Part shown: positions 48,781 through 59,233 of the stretch, piece after piece
How the letters are laid out: each line of letters opens with the position of its first letter
Position numbering within the stretch: position 1 is the stretch's first letter
Assembly: GCA_963727445.1 (NCBI GenBank)
Contig: CAVSGI010000010.1
Span: 320,001-384,000, forward strand
Reading direction: 5' to 3'
Length of the DNA: 64,000 nt
Source: an uncultured delta proteobacterium
Lineage (GTDB): Bacteria > Myxococcota_A > Polyangia > Polyangiales > B10-G4
Notes under the pieces: generated by a model
The model's input: the letters and a program-made list of their open reading frames with translations, nothing else
Told to the model about the DNA's origin: nothing
Databases searched by the model: none
Position numbers and translations under genes: made by a program

Positions 48781-51700
48781 TCAGTCGTCGAGGAGCTTCG
48801 GGTCCACGATGATCGACGGCAGGTCGCCGTCCTGCGACGGCTTCGGCTTGGGCTTCGGCGGCGGGAGGGGGATCTCGGCGGTCTCTGCTTCGGCGATGGT
48901 CGGCGGTGAGGCGATGCGCCGATTCGTGGTCACCTCAGGCACCTCTTCGTTGGCGAGAGCGGCGGCGGGGATCGGCGGTGGCGCGGGCGGGCCGCTGGCC
49001 TTTCGCGGCGGTGGCAGCGCCACCTCGGAGGTGACCTCCTCCTCTTCCTCGGGCGGTGCCGGGCGCTCGGAGGTGACGGCCTCGTCGTCCACTGCCTCCG
49101 GGGGACCCGAGACCGCGGTCTTCACGTCGCCTTCGTAGGGAGGCGGCGGAGGAGGACCGGAGACGGCGGTCTCGTCCTCCGGCTCCACCGGCGGCAGGGC
49201 CTCGAGACCCGAGGGCGGGCCCGAGACGGCGGTGGTGGGCTCCGGCTCCCTTTCGGGAGGTGGGGGTGGAGGGACGCGGCTCGACTGGGCGAGCCGGGCG
49301 ATCGCCTCGCGCGCCTCGGGATCGTCCGGCGCCAGCTCGATCACGCGCTTCCAGGTGTCCGCGGCCTCCCACGGGTTGTTCGCTTCCTCTTCCCAGAGCC
49401 TCGCGAGCTGCCGCAGGTGCGAGACGCGCTCCTGATCGTCGTCGAGGCGCGCGATGCGCCGCTCGAGAAGACCGGTGAGCTCTTGCACTCGGCCGGACTC
49501 GATCAGACAGAAACGCAGGCGCCGCATCACGCCTTCGTCGTCCGGGTTCATCGAGATGGAGCGCATGTAGGAGTCGATGGCGTCGCTCTTTCGGCCGAGC
49601 CGCTGCTCGTAGATCTGCGCCTGTCGCGCCACGAGCGCCGCCGCCTCGCGCCGGTCCGTCGACTCCGCGACCATCTTCGACAGGTGCTGATCGAGATGAT
49701 CGAGGAGGTCGCGCTCGACGGCGCTCTCTTCGATCGCGTCGAGAACGCCCTTCTCGGTCGGCGCGAGCGCCAGCGCCGTCTTGAGCACGCCGAAGGCGAC
49801 CTCCTGGAGGCCCAGCTTGGCCTTCATGCGTCTGGCCGCGCGAACCAGCGCCTTGGCGCGCGCCGCGTTGGGCGCGGCCGGGTCGTTGCCGCGGGATTCG
49901 TAGACGCGGACCAGTTGCTCCGTGCCCTCGCGACCCAGGCGCTCCGCCGCAGCCTCGATCCGATCGAGGAGCGTGTCTTCGTCTCCCGCTTCGTTCACCG
50001 CTTCGCGCAACATCTGTTGGACGATGCGGGACTTGCCCGCGCGATACGCGACCCGTGCACCGCGGCAGAGAAGCCCGACGGCTTCCTCGCCCCCGATGAG
50101 ATGCCCGCGGTCGACATAGGCCAGCAGCACGTCGTCCATCCGGCCCGAGCGCGGCGCGAGTGTCTCGAGCTCGTCGAGCAGCACCTCGTTGGTCGGCATG
50201 AGCGCGCTCACTCGGAGCAGCCGATCCACCGCCTCGTCGGACCGCCCGCGCGCGGTGAGGTAGTTCGAGTGGCGGAGCGCCAGCGCCACCGAGTCCGCTT
50301 CGGTCGGCGCCTTCTCGATCAGCTGCTCGTAGAGCGCATCGAGCTTTGCCGAAGCGCCTGCGGACTCGGCGAAGCGCTCCGCGCGATCCAGGAGCTCTTC
50401 GCCCGCGCCCACGAGCTCGAGCGCGCGGGTGGTGGCGGTGAGCGCTTCCTGGAATCGGCCGGCTTTGGCGAAGCGGTCCGCCGCCCCGACCACCAGGCGC
50501 AAGCGCTGAGCCGGCGCCTCGGCGCGCCCCGCGACCTCGATCAAGAACCAGGCGCGTGCGTTTTCGCTCTCCGCCTCGTCTGTATTGCTCTCGGTCGGGT
50601 GGGCCGCCTCGGTCGCTGCTTCGGCGACGATGTCGATCCACCTCTGACGGTCTTTGCGCGCGAGGCGGATGAGGTCGTCGAGGCGCGCGAGGAGACCACC
50701 CCAGTCCTCGCGTTCGGCGAGAGCCGGCAGCAGCGCGACGCGCGGGTCGATCTCGTCGGGGGCCATCTCCTCCCATCGAGAGAGCGCCCGAACCATGCCC
50801 GTCGTCTCTTTGAGAGGGCCCTCGTAGAGCTTGGCGAGGAGGCGGAGCACGTACCGCTTGCGCTTTCCTTCGGTCAGCGGCACCTGCGCCTCGAGCGCGC
50901 GCGCCTGCATCCGTTGGTCTCCCGTCTCTTTCGCCAGATTCTCCAGGTGCTCGAGGAGCGCCACGTTCTTCTGACCGAAGGACTTCGCGGCGTGGGCGAG
51001 GACCTTCATCGCGAGCTGCGGCCGGCCCAGATCGGTCGCGAGGATCTCGGCACGTTCGAGCGCGTGCCCACTCCTGACGTCCGGATCGGTGGTGACCGCC
51101 GCGAGGCGCGCGAGGATCACGTCGAGCCGCGCCGCGTCCCCTTCTTCGCGGGCGTCGTCACGGAGCTTCTCGAGCTCGGCGGCGTCGTTGGTGTCGCCCA
51201 CGAGCTGCGTCCACATCCGCAGCGCCTCGTCCGGATCCTGGAGCTGGTCGGCGGAGAGCCTCGCCATGCGCTCCTGGTGGACGCGGCGGCTCTCGGCGTC
51301 GAGGGCCGAGGAGAGCAGCAGCCCGAGCACGATCTTCTCTTCGCCGAAGCGCTGGGCGCGTCTCAGGGCTGCCGCGGCTTCGGCTGCGAGCTCGCGGTCG
51401 TCCTGCGCGAGCTCGAGAGCGGCCGTGAGCGCGTCGGCCGCTCGGTCCACGTTCGACAGGTGCTCCTCGGCGAGCTCCGCGATGCGCCGGTGGAGGCGGA
51501 CCGCCTCTTTGCCGCTCACCAGCTTCACCCACAGCTCGAGGAGCTCGAGCGCCGCGGCGTAGCGCTCCTGAACGATGGCCAGCTCTACCGAGCGTTCGAG
51601 CGCCTCGGTGTCCTCGGGGTGCGCTTCGCGAACGAGGGCCCAGGCCTCGGCCGCACGGGCGGTCTGACCCCACTCGTCGAAGAGGCGCGCGAGAATGCGA

Positions 51701-53475
51701 TAGACATCGGCGCGCAGCTCGGGGGACGCGGACTGCGCGTAGGCCTCGGCGCGTTCGAGGGCCGTCGACTCCGCGCCCGCGGTCTCCAGGGTCGCGCTCA
51801 GGTCTCGATGGACGCCGGTGACGCGGTCTCCTTCGACGATGCCGAGGAGAGAGAGGAGCGCTTCGGTGGCCTTGGTCTGATCACCTCGGAGGCCCCGATG
51901 CATCGTGGCGAGCTTTTCGAGGATCGGAACCCGCTGCTGCGGCGACAGCCCACCCACGTCTTCTTCGAGGAGCGCGGCGAGCTCGTCCCACTCTCCTGCG
52001 AGCTCGGCGAGGCGCACGCGATGGCTGCGCGCGTTCGCGGAGTCGGGCCCGGAGGTGAGGCCCTCGGCCTCGCGGAAGCACAAGAGGGCTGCGGGCACGT
52101 CCCCCAGCTCTTCCAGGAGCAGGCCGAGGGTGGGCAGATACTGCTTTCGACGACTGGGCGACCGCGAACAGACGTCCGCATAGACCTCGGCGAGCCCCGC
52201 ACGGTCGCCTTTGTCCGTCCGCACCCTCACCACCAGCTCGAGCGCCTGCTCGTGGTCCGGGTTCTCGGCCAGGAGCGCGAGGGCGTGCTCCGCGGCCCCT
52301 TCCGGGTCGCCAGGGGCGAGGATCGAAAAGAGCTTCTGATGGAGCTCGAGCTCGTCCGACTCCTCGATGACCTCGAAGCTGGCCTTCGCCCACCGTCGCG
52401 CCTCCACGCGTCGCTCCGCCGCATCGTGGAGCTCCACCGCGCGCAGGATCGCTTCGAGGTCGCCGCGCCGGGCGAGCTCTTCGAACCAGCTCAGCGCATC
52501 CTCGGGGCGACCGGCGGCGGAGAGCTCGCGCGCCAGACGCCAACGGACCTCGTCCGCCTTGGGCCCGTCGGGGAAGGCCTGGACGTGCTTCTCCCATCGG
52601 ATGAGCAGCTGGTCCGGCTCGTCGACGGCGAGCTCCTCGTAGAGCTCGAGCGCCGGGGAGTGCTCCGGGGAGACGTCCAGTGCCTCGCGCACGCACATGA
52701 TCTGGTCGTCGGGGTCCACCGCGTTGACCAGATCGACGAGGATGTCGGCGGCGGTGTAGCGATCCCGCGACCGCCGGTCCGGGTCGTCGGTCGTCTCCGC
52801 CCGCATCAGGAGCGTGTCCACCAGCTCGCGGCGGGTCTCGACGTCCGAGGGGAGGGTGCGGACCGCCCGCTCGAAGAGCTGCACGGCGAGGTCCATGTCC
52901 GCGAGGTGGTCGCGGACGATGCGCGCGCGGATACGGAAGAGCTCGGAGCGCCGGGTGCGATCCGGCTCCACGGCGATCTCGCTCTCCAGAATGTTGGACG
53001 CGTCTTGCCAGCGCTCGGTCTTGACCGCGACCCGGCGCGCCGCCTGGGCCACACCGATCTGCGAGGGGTCGAGCTCGAAGGCCCGCGCGTAGTGCTCGAA
53101 CGCTCCGTCGAGCCTCCCCGTTCGTTCCAGGGTGTGGGCGAGGCGCGCGTGCGTCGCGGCCATCTCTCGCGCGTCTCCTCTGGTCGCCGCCAGCACCTCG
53201 AGGCGCCGCGCCTGCTCGGTCGCGAGGCCGAGGTCGTCACCCAGCTTGGCCAGCGTCTCCTCGAGGAGCGCGGAGGCTCGTGCGTGGTCCGGAGCCTTGT
53301 CGATGGCCCCGCGCAGGTACGTCACGGCCTTGCGAGCTTTGTCGACCTCCAGGGCCCGCGCCCCGGCCTCGGCGAGGAGGTCGGCGGCCTGCCGCGGATC
53401 CGCACTGTTCTTCGCCTGTTTGGCGAGAACGCGAATACTCGGACGCTCGTCGTCGTTGCCGCCGAAGATGCCCAC
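48781..53475 (-). CDS. Very large TPR-repeat protein with Pro/Glu-rich C-terminal tail
   Basis: 1564-aa ORF with recurring TPR units (A...Y.RA.ELDP) and a tail with TAVSGPP repeats. Confidence 0.85.
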   Translation of the reverse strand: MGIFGGNDDERPSIRVLAKQAKNSADPRQAADLLAEAGARALEVDKARKAVTYLRGAIDKAPDHARASALLEETLAKLGDDLGLATEQARRLEVLAATRGDAREMAATHARLAHTLERTGRLDGAFEHYARAFELDPSQIGVAQAARRVAVKTERWQDASNILESEIAVEPDRTRRSELFRIRARIVRDHLADMDLAVQLFERAVRTLPSDVETRRELVDTLLMRAETTDDPDRRSRDRYTAADILVDLVNAVDPDDQIMCVREALDVSPEHSPALELYEELAVDEPDQLLIRWEKHVQAFPDGPKADEVRWRLARELSAAGRPEDALSWFEELARRGDLEAILRAVELHDAAERRVEARRWAKASFEVIEESDELELHQKLFSILAPGDPEGAAEHALALLAENPDHEQALELVVRVRTDKGDRAGLAEVYADVCSRSPSRRKQYLPTLGLLLEELGDVPAALLCFREAEGLTSGPDSANARSHRVRLAELAGEWDELAALLEEDVGGLSPQQRVPILEKLATMHRGLRGDQTKATEALLSLLGIVEGDRVTGVHRDLSATLETAGAESTALERAEAYAQSASPELRADVYRILARLFDEWGQTARAAEAWALVREAHPEDTEALERSVELAIVQERYAAALELLELWVKLVSGKEAVRLHRRIAELAEEHLSNVDRAADALTAALELAQDDRELAAEAAAALRRAQRFGEEKIVLGLLLSSALDAESRRVHQERMARLSADQLQDPDEALRMWTQLVGDTNDAAELEKLRDDAREEGDAARLDVILARLAAVTTDPDVRSGHALERAEILATDLGRPQLAMKVLAHAAKSFGQKNVALLEHLENLAKETGDQRMQARALEAQVPLTEGKRKRYVLRLLAKLYEGPLKETTGMVRALSRWEEMAPDEIDPRVALLPALAEREDWGGLLARLDDLIRLARKDRQRWIDIVAEAATEAAHPTESNTDEAESENARAWFLIEVAGRAEAPAQRLRLVVGAADRFAKAGRFQEALTATTRALELVGAGEELLDRAERFAESAGASAKLDALYEQLIEKAPTEADSVALALRHSNYLTARGRSDEAVDRLLRVSALMPTNEVLLDELETLAPRSGRMDDVLLAYVDRGHLIGGEEAVGLLCRGARVAYRAGKSRIVQQMLREAVNEAGDEDTLLDRIEAAAERLGREGTEQLVRVYESRGNDPAAPNAARAKALVRAARRMKAKLGLQEVAFGVLKTALALAPTEKGVLDAIEESAVERDLLDHLDQHLSKMVAESTDRREAAALVARQAQIYEQRLGRKSDAIDSYMRSISMNPDDEGVMRRLRFCLIESGRVQELTGLLERRIARLDDDQERVSHLRQLARLWEEEANNPWEAADTWKRVIELAPDDPEAREAIARLAQSSRVPPPPPPEREPEPTTAVSGPPSGLEALPPVEPEDETAVSGPPPPPPYEGDVKTAVSGPPEAVDDEAVTSERPAPPEEEEEVTSEVALPPPRKASGPPAPPPIPAAALANEEVPEVTTNRRIASPPTIAEAETAEIPLPPPKPKPKPSQDGDLPSIIVDPKLLDD

Positions 53476-53620
53476 GTCAGGCTGGGATGTTCGCCAGAAA
53501 ACGCGCCGACCGAAAGCCCAGTCATGTAGTCTTCGCCGAGAAGGTGAAGCCGACGACAGTCGACTCGACCCGCAGCCGAATTACCCGAGCCCTGGCCAAT
53601 CCCGCTCGAGTTCCTCGGGA

Positions 53621-55726
53621 ATGAGTGTCTCACGCGCACAACCCGGTGCCCGCCGCAGCTTCGAGCGAGAGGCGGGGACGCGACGAAAGTCGACCCGCGG
53701 CGCCATCGGACGAGCCTTTGGAGCCTTCTCCTTCGCCTATGCGGCTGCCCTCGTCTGGGCCCTGATCGACACCTTCTCCGGCGTGAGGCCCCAGCGCTTC
53801 GCGCTCGATTGCCTCGGGATCGCGACCGCTGCCTGGCTCGTCCCCGCTGGGGTCCTGGCCGTCTTCGCGCTGATCGTGCGCGCAGTCGTGGTGCGCGTCC
53901 GGCCGCTCCACGCGCTGCTCTTCCCCAGCCCGGGGCTGCTCCCCGGACGCCTGTCGGCGCTCCTTCTGGCCTCGACGGCGGTGTGGGCGATCGATCAGGC
54001 GGTCGGTCTGGTCGGACAGCGCTCGCTCACCACCCAGCGCTTCATGGCGGCGATCGCGGCCTTCGCCGTGGTGACCACCTTCGCGCTGATCCACCCGCGG
54101 CTCACGCGCGGGCTCGCGTGGCTCCTCGAGCGGTTGCCGCGAGCCTTCCGCCACCCGAGCGTCTTCCTGGTGACGCTCAGCGTGATGGTGGTGCTCTGGT
54201 TCCTCGTCGCCTGGTGGCTCGAGCCCGACTACGTGCGCGAGATCGGGTGGCAGATGCCCGCGTCGAATCTCGGGACCTTCGTGCTCGCGCTCCTCGGAGC
54301 TGCGGCCGGAAGGCGGACGGTCTACGTCGCCTCTCTCGTCGCCGGGCTCATGGTGGGTGTGGTCGTCTGGCATTTCGCCACCCCGCCGCCCGCGCTCGCG
54401 GTGCAAGCGGTGGAGAACCGCGGTCGGGTGACGCCGCGACTTGTGGCGCTCTGGACCATCTCGACCGATGACGGATTTTCGACTCCGGACGAGGTGCAGG
54501 CGTGCCGCCCCGCACAGGAAGTCGTCCCGCCGGAGGACATCGGAACGGTCGAGGATGGAGCGCCGGACATCGTGTTCATCACCGTCGACGGGTGGCGCTG
54601 GGATCACAGCAGCTTCGCTGCCGACAATGTGGGAGACCTGACCCCGCGCCTCTCGGTCCATGCGCGACGCGCGGCGATCTTCGAGCGCGCCTACTCACCC
54701 GCGTCGAGCACGCGTCAATCCTTCCGTTCGCTCTTCACCGGGCTCTACCCCGGCAGAGTCGGCGCGCCCGAGACCCCGGGCCTGCCGTGGGCGATGTCGC
54801 TGCCGGAGGAGCAGCCGACCATCGCGGCTTATCTGTCGGCAGCCGGCTACGAGACGATCGCCTTCATCTCCGAGAAGAAGGCCTTCCCCGAGCGCTACAA
54901 CGGCCTGTGGGGCTTCGACGAGATCGACGACCAGTACAGCGCCTACCAACTCCGCCATCGCTACACGGCCAGCTTCAAGATCAGCCACATCATCGGACGA
55001 CTCGCGCGACCCCCGAGCCTCACCGAGCCGCCGCGCTTCCTCTGGACACATCTGATCGAGCCCCACTATCCCTTCGTCTACGGCCCGGAGCTTCCCACCA
55101 CCGAGCGGCCGCCCTACCACGAGCGGCACAACCACTCGGTGCGCTATGTGGACCAGCAGCTCGACCGACTCCTCGAGTTCCTGAACGGGCGGGAGCGCAA
55201 GGACGACACCTGGGTGATCCTCACCGCCGACCACGGCGAGGCCTTCGGCGAGCATGGGTTTCGCCGGCACGGCGCCACGGTGTACGAGGAGGAGATCCAC
55301 GTGCCGCTGATCATCTGGGGGCCGGGCGTGCGGCCGGGCCGGCGCAGCGGCCCGGTCTCCACCATCGACCTCGTTCCCACCATCCTCGAGATGGCCGGGC
55401 TTCGTGTGCCGGAGTCGGTCTGCGGGACGAGTTTGATGCCGACGCTGATGGAGGGCGGCGAGCCCGAGCCGCATCCGATCTACGCCGCGGCCCTCCCGGA
55501 CGACACCACGGACTTCTTCGAGGTGGCCTGGATCGACGGCGACCGGAAGCTGATCCTCCACGCCGCGACCGGCGAGCTGGCGCTCTACGACCTCGGCGCC
55601 GACGCTGACGAGACCAAGAATCTCCTGGACGAAGAGCCGGATGCCGGGGACGCGATGGTCGAGTCCCTTCGGCAATTCTACGTCGACCACGGGATGGACC
55701 CGGCGGACTACCATCTGTCCGACTGA
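53621..55726 (+). CDS. Membrane-anchored sulfatase/alkaline-phosphatase-superfamily hydrolase or transferase
   Basis: Multi-TM N-terminus; PDIVFITVDGWRWDH, SLFTG.YP, HLIEPHYP, TADHGEAFGEHG, HVPLII. Confidence 0.85.
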   Translation: MSVSRAQPGARRSFEREAGTRRKSTRGAIGRAFGAFSFAYAAALVWALIDTFSGVRPQRFALDCLGIATAAWLVPAGVLAVFALIVRAVVVRVRPLHALLFPSPGLLPGRLSALLLASTAVWAIDQAVGLVGQRSLTTQRFMAAIAAFAVVTTFALIHPRLTRGLAWLLERLPRAFRHPSVFLVTLSVMVVLWFLVAWWLEPDYVREIGWQMPASNLGTFVLALLGAAAGRRTVYVASLVAGLMVGVVVWHFATPPPALAVQAVENRGRVTPRLVALWTISTDDGFSTPDEVQACRPAQEVVPPEDIGTVEDGAPDIVFITVDGWRWDHSSFAADNVGDLTPRLSVHARRAAIFERAYSPASSTRQSFRSLFTGLYPGRVGAPETPGLPWAMSLPEEQPTIAAYLSAAGYETIAFISEKKAFPERYNGLWGFDEIDDQYSAYQLRHRYTASFKISHIIGRLARPPSLTEPPRFLWTHLIEPHYPFVYGPELPTTERPPYHERHNHSVRYVDQQLDRLLEFLNGRERKDDTWVILTADHGEAFGEHGFRRHGATVYEEEIHVPLIIWGPGVRPGRRSGPVSTIDLVPTILEMAGLRVPESVCGTSLMPTLMEGGEPEPHPIYAAALPDDTTDFFEVAWIDGDRKLILHAATGELALYDLGADADETKNLLDEEPDAGDAMVESLRQFYVDHGMDPADYHLSD

Positions 55727-55762
55727 CGGCGCCGCCGATCCGGCCTACGATCGAAGCCGGAC

Positions 55763-56990
55763 GTGAACGCCGTCTACATCGCCGCATCGATCCCCCTCTT
55801 CTTCGTCCTCATCGCCGTCGAGGCATGGGCGAGCCGGCGTCAGGGTGAGGCGCGCTACGACTTCGCCGATTCGATCGCCGACCTCTCCTGCGGGATCAGC
55901 CAGCAGGTCTTGTCGGTCTTCTTCAAGGTGGGGGTGGTCGGCGGCTACGTCGTCGTCTACGAAGCGGCGCGCTTCACCACGCTCCCCGAGGGCGCATGGT
56001 GGACGTGGGCGCTCGGCCTCGTCGCCATCGACTTCGCCTACTACTGGGCCCACCGCGCGAGTCACCGGATCAACTTCCTCTGGGCGACCCACGTCGTCCA
56101 TCACCAGAGCGAGGAGTACAACCTCGCGGTCGCGCTCCGGCAGTCGGCCCTGCAGGGCCTCGCCTCGGTGCCCTTCTATCTGCCGCTGGCGCTGCGCGGG
56201 CGTCCCGCCGGTGGTCTTCGTCGCGGCCAAGACGATCGACACCCTCTACCAGTTCTGGATCCACACCCGCGCGATCGATCGGCTCGGGCCGCTCGAGTGG
56301 GTCATGAACACGCCCTCGCATCACCGCGTGCACCACGGCATCGATCGGCCGTACATCGACAAGAACTACGCGGGCATCTTCATCGTCTGGGACCGGCTCT
56401 TCGGCACCTTCGAGCCCGAGCGCGAGGAGCCCGCCTACGGCGCCGTGAAGCCCCTCCGGAGCTGGGATTGGCTCCGGGCCAACACCGCGGAGTGGGTGCA
56501 CATCGCGCGCATGTCGCGAAAGACACGCCGGCTCCGGGACAAGCTGCGGGTCTGGGTCGCGCCGCCCGAGTGGCGTCCGGCCAATCTCGGCGGTCCCGTG
56601 GAGATCCCCGACACACGCCGCGCGAGCCAGACCAAGTTCCACACCGAAGTCGACCGTGCCCTGAGACACCACGTGATGGCGAGCTTCGTTCCCGTCGCGG
56701 CGATGACGGTGCTGATCATCCTCTCTCCCAATCTCGCGCTGCCGCAGGCGGCGCTCGCCGTCCTGTGGGTGCTCCTCACGCTCTCTTCCTGGGCCGCGCT
56801 CTTCGAGGGAAGGGCGTGGGCGCGCTGGCTCGAGATCCCACGACTCGGGGGTCTGTTGGCGCTCATCGCTTGGGTCACCGCCGCGAGCTCGCACTTCGCG
56901 GTCGCGATCGGCGTCGCCTCGCTCTTCGTGCTCCTGACCTTCCCGCTCAGCCTCCGAGCCATTCGGCCGAGGGCGCCGGTGGTGGCGTGA
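55763..56990 (+). CDS. Sterol desaturase/alkylglycerol monooxygenase-like di-iron membrane enzyme; apparent frameshift near 56195
   Basis: His boxes YYWAHRASH and WATHVVHHQSEEYNL.VALRQ, then YQFWIHT and TPSHHRVHH...DKNYAG..IVWDRLFGTF in the second frame. Confidence 0.88.
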
Positions 56991-56993
56991 GGC

Positions 56994-57617
56994 TCAGAAG
57001 GAGATCTGCGCGCCCAACAGGACGTCGTAGCGTGTCAAGACCAGGCCGTTGACGAAGAAGTCGAGGCTCACCGGGCGCAGCCAGAAGCCGAGGCCTCCGT
57101 CGCCGACCAGGACCTTCACGTCGCCTGCGATTTGAATGTCGAAGTAGCCGCGTGTCTCGGTGCCGATGACCGACGAGGGGATGACGTAGAGGCCGAGTCC
57201 CGAGGCTGCGCTGGGGGCGAGCAGGATGGTGAGGTCGCCCCACTCCACGACCAGGAAATCGATGCCGATGCGCGCGCAGAACTGCAGGATGCTGTACTGG
57301 ATGAAGGACTCGCCCAGGGTGATCGCGCCGAAGACGCCCGGGTGATCGCCGAAGGGTAGGAAGTGGTAGCCGACCTCTTGGGTCAGCTTGAACTTCGTGT
57401 TCGATCCCGAGTTCAGGCCGAAGCTGAAGCCCAGACCAGCGGCGGCGTAGAACCGCCGCTCGTCATGACGGCTCGAGGCGCGCGTCTGCGGTGGAGGCGC
57501 ATCGTCGGCGTCGGCTGTGTGCGCCTGGTCCTCAGCGCTCTGCGCCTCGGCCGTCGTGGCGCAGCACAGGATCAGGCACGCGGCGACAAGCCATCCCAGG
57601 GTTCGGTTCGTTTGCAT
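56994..57617 (-). CDS. Small outer-membrane beta-barrel-like protein
   Basis: Signal peptide ending AEA, alternating aromatic/hydrophobic strands, terminal Phe. Confidence 0.65.
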   Translation of the reverse strand: MQTNRTLGWLVAACLILCCATTAEAQSAEDQAHTADADDAPPPQTRASSRHDERRFYAAAGLGFSFGLNSGSNTKFKLTQEVGYHFLPFGDHPGVFGAITLGESFIQYSILQFCARIGIDFLVVEWGDLTILLAPSAASGLGLYVIPSSVIGTETRGYFDIQIAGDVKVLVGDGGLGFWLRPVSLDFFVNGLVLTRYDVLLGAQISF

Positions 57618-57620
57618 GCG

Positions 57621-58226
57621 TCAGTCGCATTCGTTGTCTTGGTTGCACGTCCGGCCGGCGCCGCAGTCCTGGTTGGACAGGCACGCGTTGCAGCGCCCGT
57701 TGATGCAGTACGGCCGGCCGCTGCCGCAATCGGTCGAGTTTCCACATTCGCGGCATCGCCCGTTGCGGCAGTAGGGCTGGTCGCCCGAACAGTCGGCGTC
57801 GCTGCCGCACTGGACGCAGATCCCGCCAGAGCACACCTGGTCACCGTCACAGGTCGCGGCCGTCTCACAGCGCGGCCGACAGTTGCCGCGGGGGTCGCAG
57901 GCTTCGTCCGCGGCGCAGTCCCCGTCGCCCTGGCACTCGTGGCACCGCCCGAGGCTCGCATCGCAGAACGGCTCGTCGCCCGGGCAGTCGGCGTTCTCGA
58001 GGCATCGACCGCAGAGCCCGTTGTTTCCACAGATGTCGTCGCAGCTCGCGTTGCTCACGCACTCGACGCAGAAGCCGTCGGGGGCGCAGATGGGAGTGTC
58101 CCCGGCGCAGTCGCCGGCCCCGCCGCATGTCTGCCCGTGCCCACGGGCGGGAGGGCTGTCCCCCCCTCCACAGGCGGCGAGGAGAAGAGGGGCGAGGAGG
58201 ACGGAGAAGCGAAGAGATCGGGCCAT
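57621..58226 (-). CDS. Cys-rich lipoprotein with tandem C..xxDC....PxC..GxC modules
   Basis: Lipobox LLAAC; about 7 tandem Cys modules. Confidence 0.8.
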   Translation of the reverse strand: MARSLRFSVLLAPLLLAACGGGDSPPARGHGQTCGGAGDCAGDTPICAPDGFCVECVSNASCDDICGNNGLCGRCLENADCPGDEPFCDASLGRCHECQGDGDCAADEACDPRGNCRPRCETAATCDGDQVCSGGICVQCGSDADCSGDQPYCRNGRCRECGNSTDCGSGRPYCINGRCNACLSNQDCGAGRTCNQDNECD

Positions 58227-58258
58227 GCGCCTTGAGTCACCTCAGCCTGACGGATTGA

Positions 58259-59125
58259 TCAACCGAATGTCGAGGCCCGAGCGGACTCGCGGGCCAGAAG
58301 GAGCCGTTTTCGCTCGGCTCCCCAGCGATAGGCGCTCGTCTCGCCCACGGCCCGGATCACCCGGTGGCAGGGGACGAGCACCGCAATCCGGTTCTTGCCG
58401 AGAGCCGAGCCCACGGCCCGCGCCGCTCCCTTCGCTCCCACGGCTTCCGCCACCCGTCCGTAGCTGGCCACCTCTCCCGGACAAAGGGCGAGGACCGCTT
58501 CCCAGACCTTGAGCTGGAACGGGGTGCCGCGGAGCCACAGGGAGAGCGGCGCGCTGCCCGGGGCGTCCGTGCGGAACGCGCGGGCGACCACCGCTGCCGC
58601 GGAGGCGTCGTCGGCGACGAAGCGCGCGCGGGGGAGCTCGCCCTCGACGACCTTCAGCGGCGTGTCGACGCGAGGGCTCTCGACGAAGCTCATCGAGAAG
58701 ACACCCCGCCGCGTGGTGGCGACGAAGGTGTGGCCAAAGGGGCTGGGCGCGACGCCGTAGCGCACCTCGAGCCCGTCGCCCGCATCCTTGTACTGTCCCG
58801 GTGTCAGCGCCTCGGTCGTGACCATCAAATCGTGGAGCCGGCTCTGGCTGGTGAGCCCGGTGGTGGCGCTCGCATCGAGAGTGCTCGCGCCACGACGCAG
58901 GAGCGACTTGGCGTGCTCCTTCGTCAGGAACGCGAGGAAGCGCTTCGGCGGCACACCCGCCCAGCGCGTGAAGAGCCGACTGAGATGCGCCGGGCTGGTG
59001 TCCATCGCGCGCGCCAGCTCGGCGATCTGGGGGCGCTCCTCCTTCTGCGCGTCGAGCCATCTCAGCGCCTGGGCGACGCGGCGGTAGTCGAGCATCTCCT
59101 TGGGCGTCTCGAAGCGTGGGGTCAT
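58259..59125 (-). CDS. AraC-HTH plus methylated-DNA-[protein]-cysteine S-methyltransferase (Ada/Ogt-like)
   Basis: HLSRLFTRWAGVPPKRF HTH; GTPFQLKVW, ARAVGSA, active site VPCHRVI. Confidence 0.92.
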   Translation of the reverse strand: MTPRFETPKEMLDYRRVAQALRWLDAQKEERPQIAELARAMDTSPAHLSRLFTRWAGVPPKRFLAFLTKEHAKSLLRRGASTLDASATTGLTSQSRLHDLMVTTEALTPGQYKDAGDGLEVRYGVAPSPFGHTFVATTRRGVFSMSFVESPRVDTPLKVVEGELPRARFVADDASAAAVVARAFRTDAPGSAPLSLWLRGTPFQLKVWEAVLALCPGEVASYGRVAEAVGAKGAARAVGSALGKNRIAVLVPCHRVIRAVGETSAYRWGAERKRLLLARESARASTFG

Positions 59126-59233
59126 GAGGCTCGATTGTCGGGGTTTTGGCGGGTCATGCGATCCGATTTTTGTCCGGATCGCCGGTCCCGTTGGCGGTGT
59201 TTACTTCTGGACGGATGAGCCTATCTTCTCGCC

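Noticed and set aside
49417..53529. Long antisense or alternate-frame ORFs (this 1370-aa ORF; also 1750-4008, 32998-35532, 39623-42259, 59923-62988)
   Set aside because: They shadow well-supported genes on the opposite strand, lack motifs, and are expected from high GC3 codon bias.
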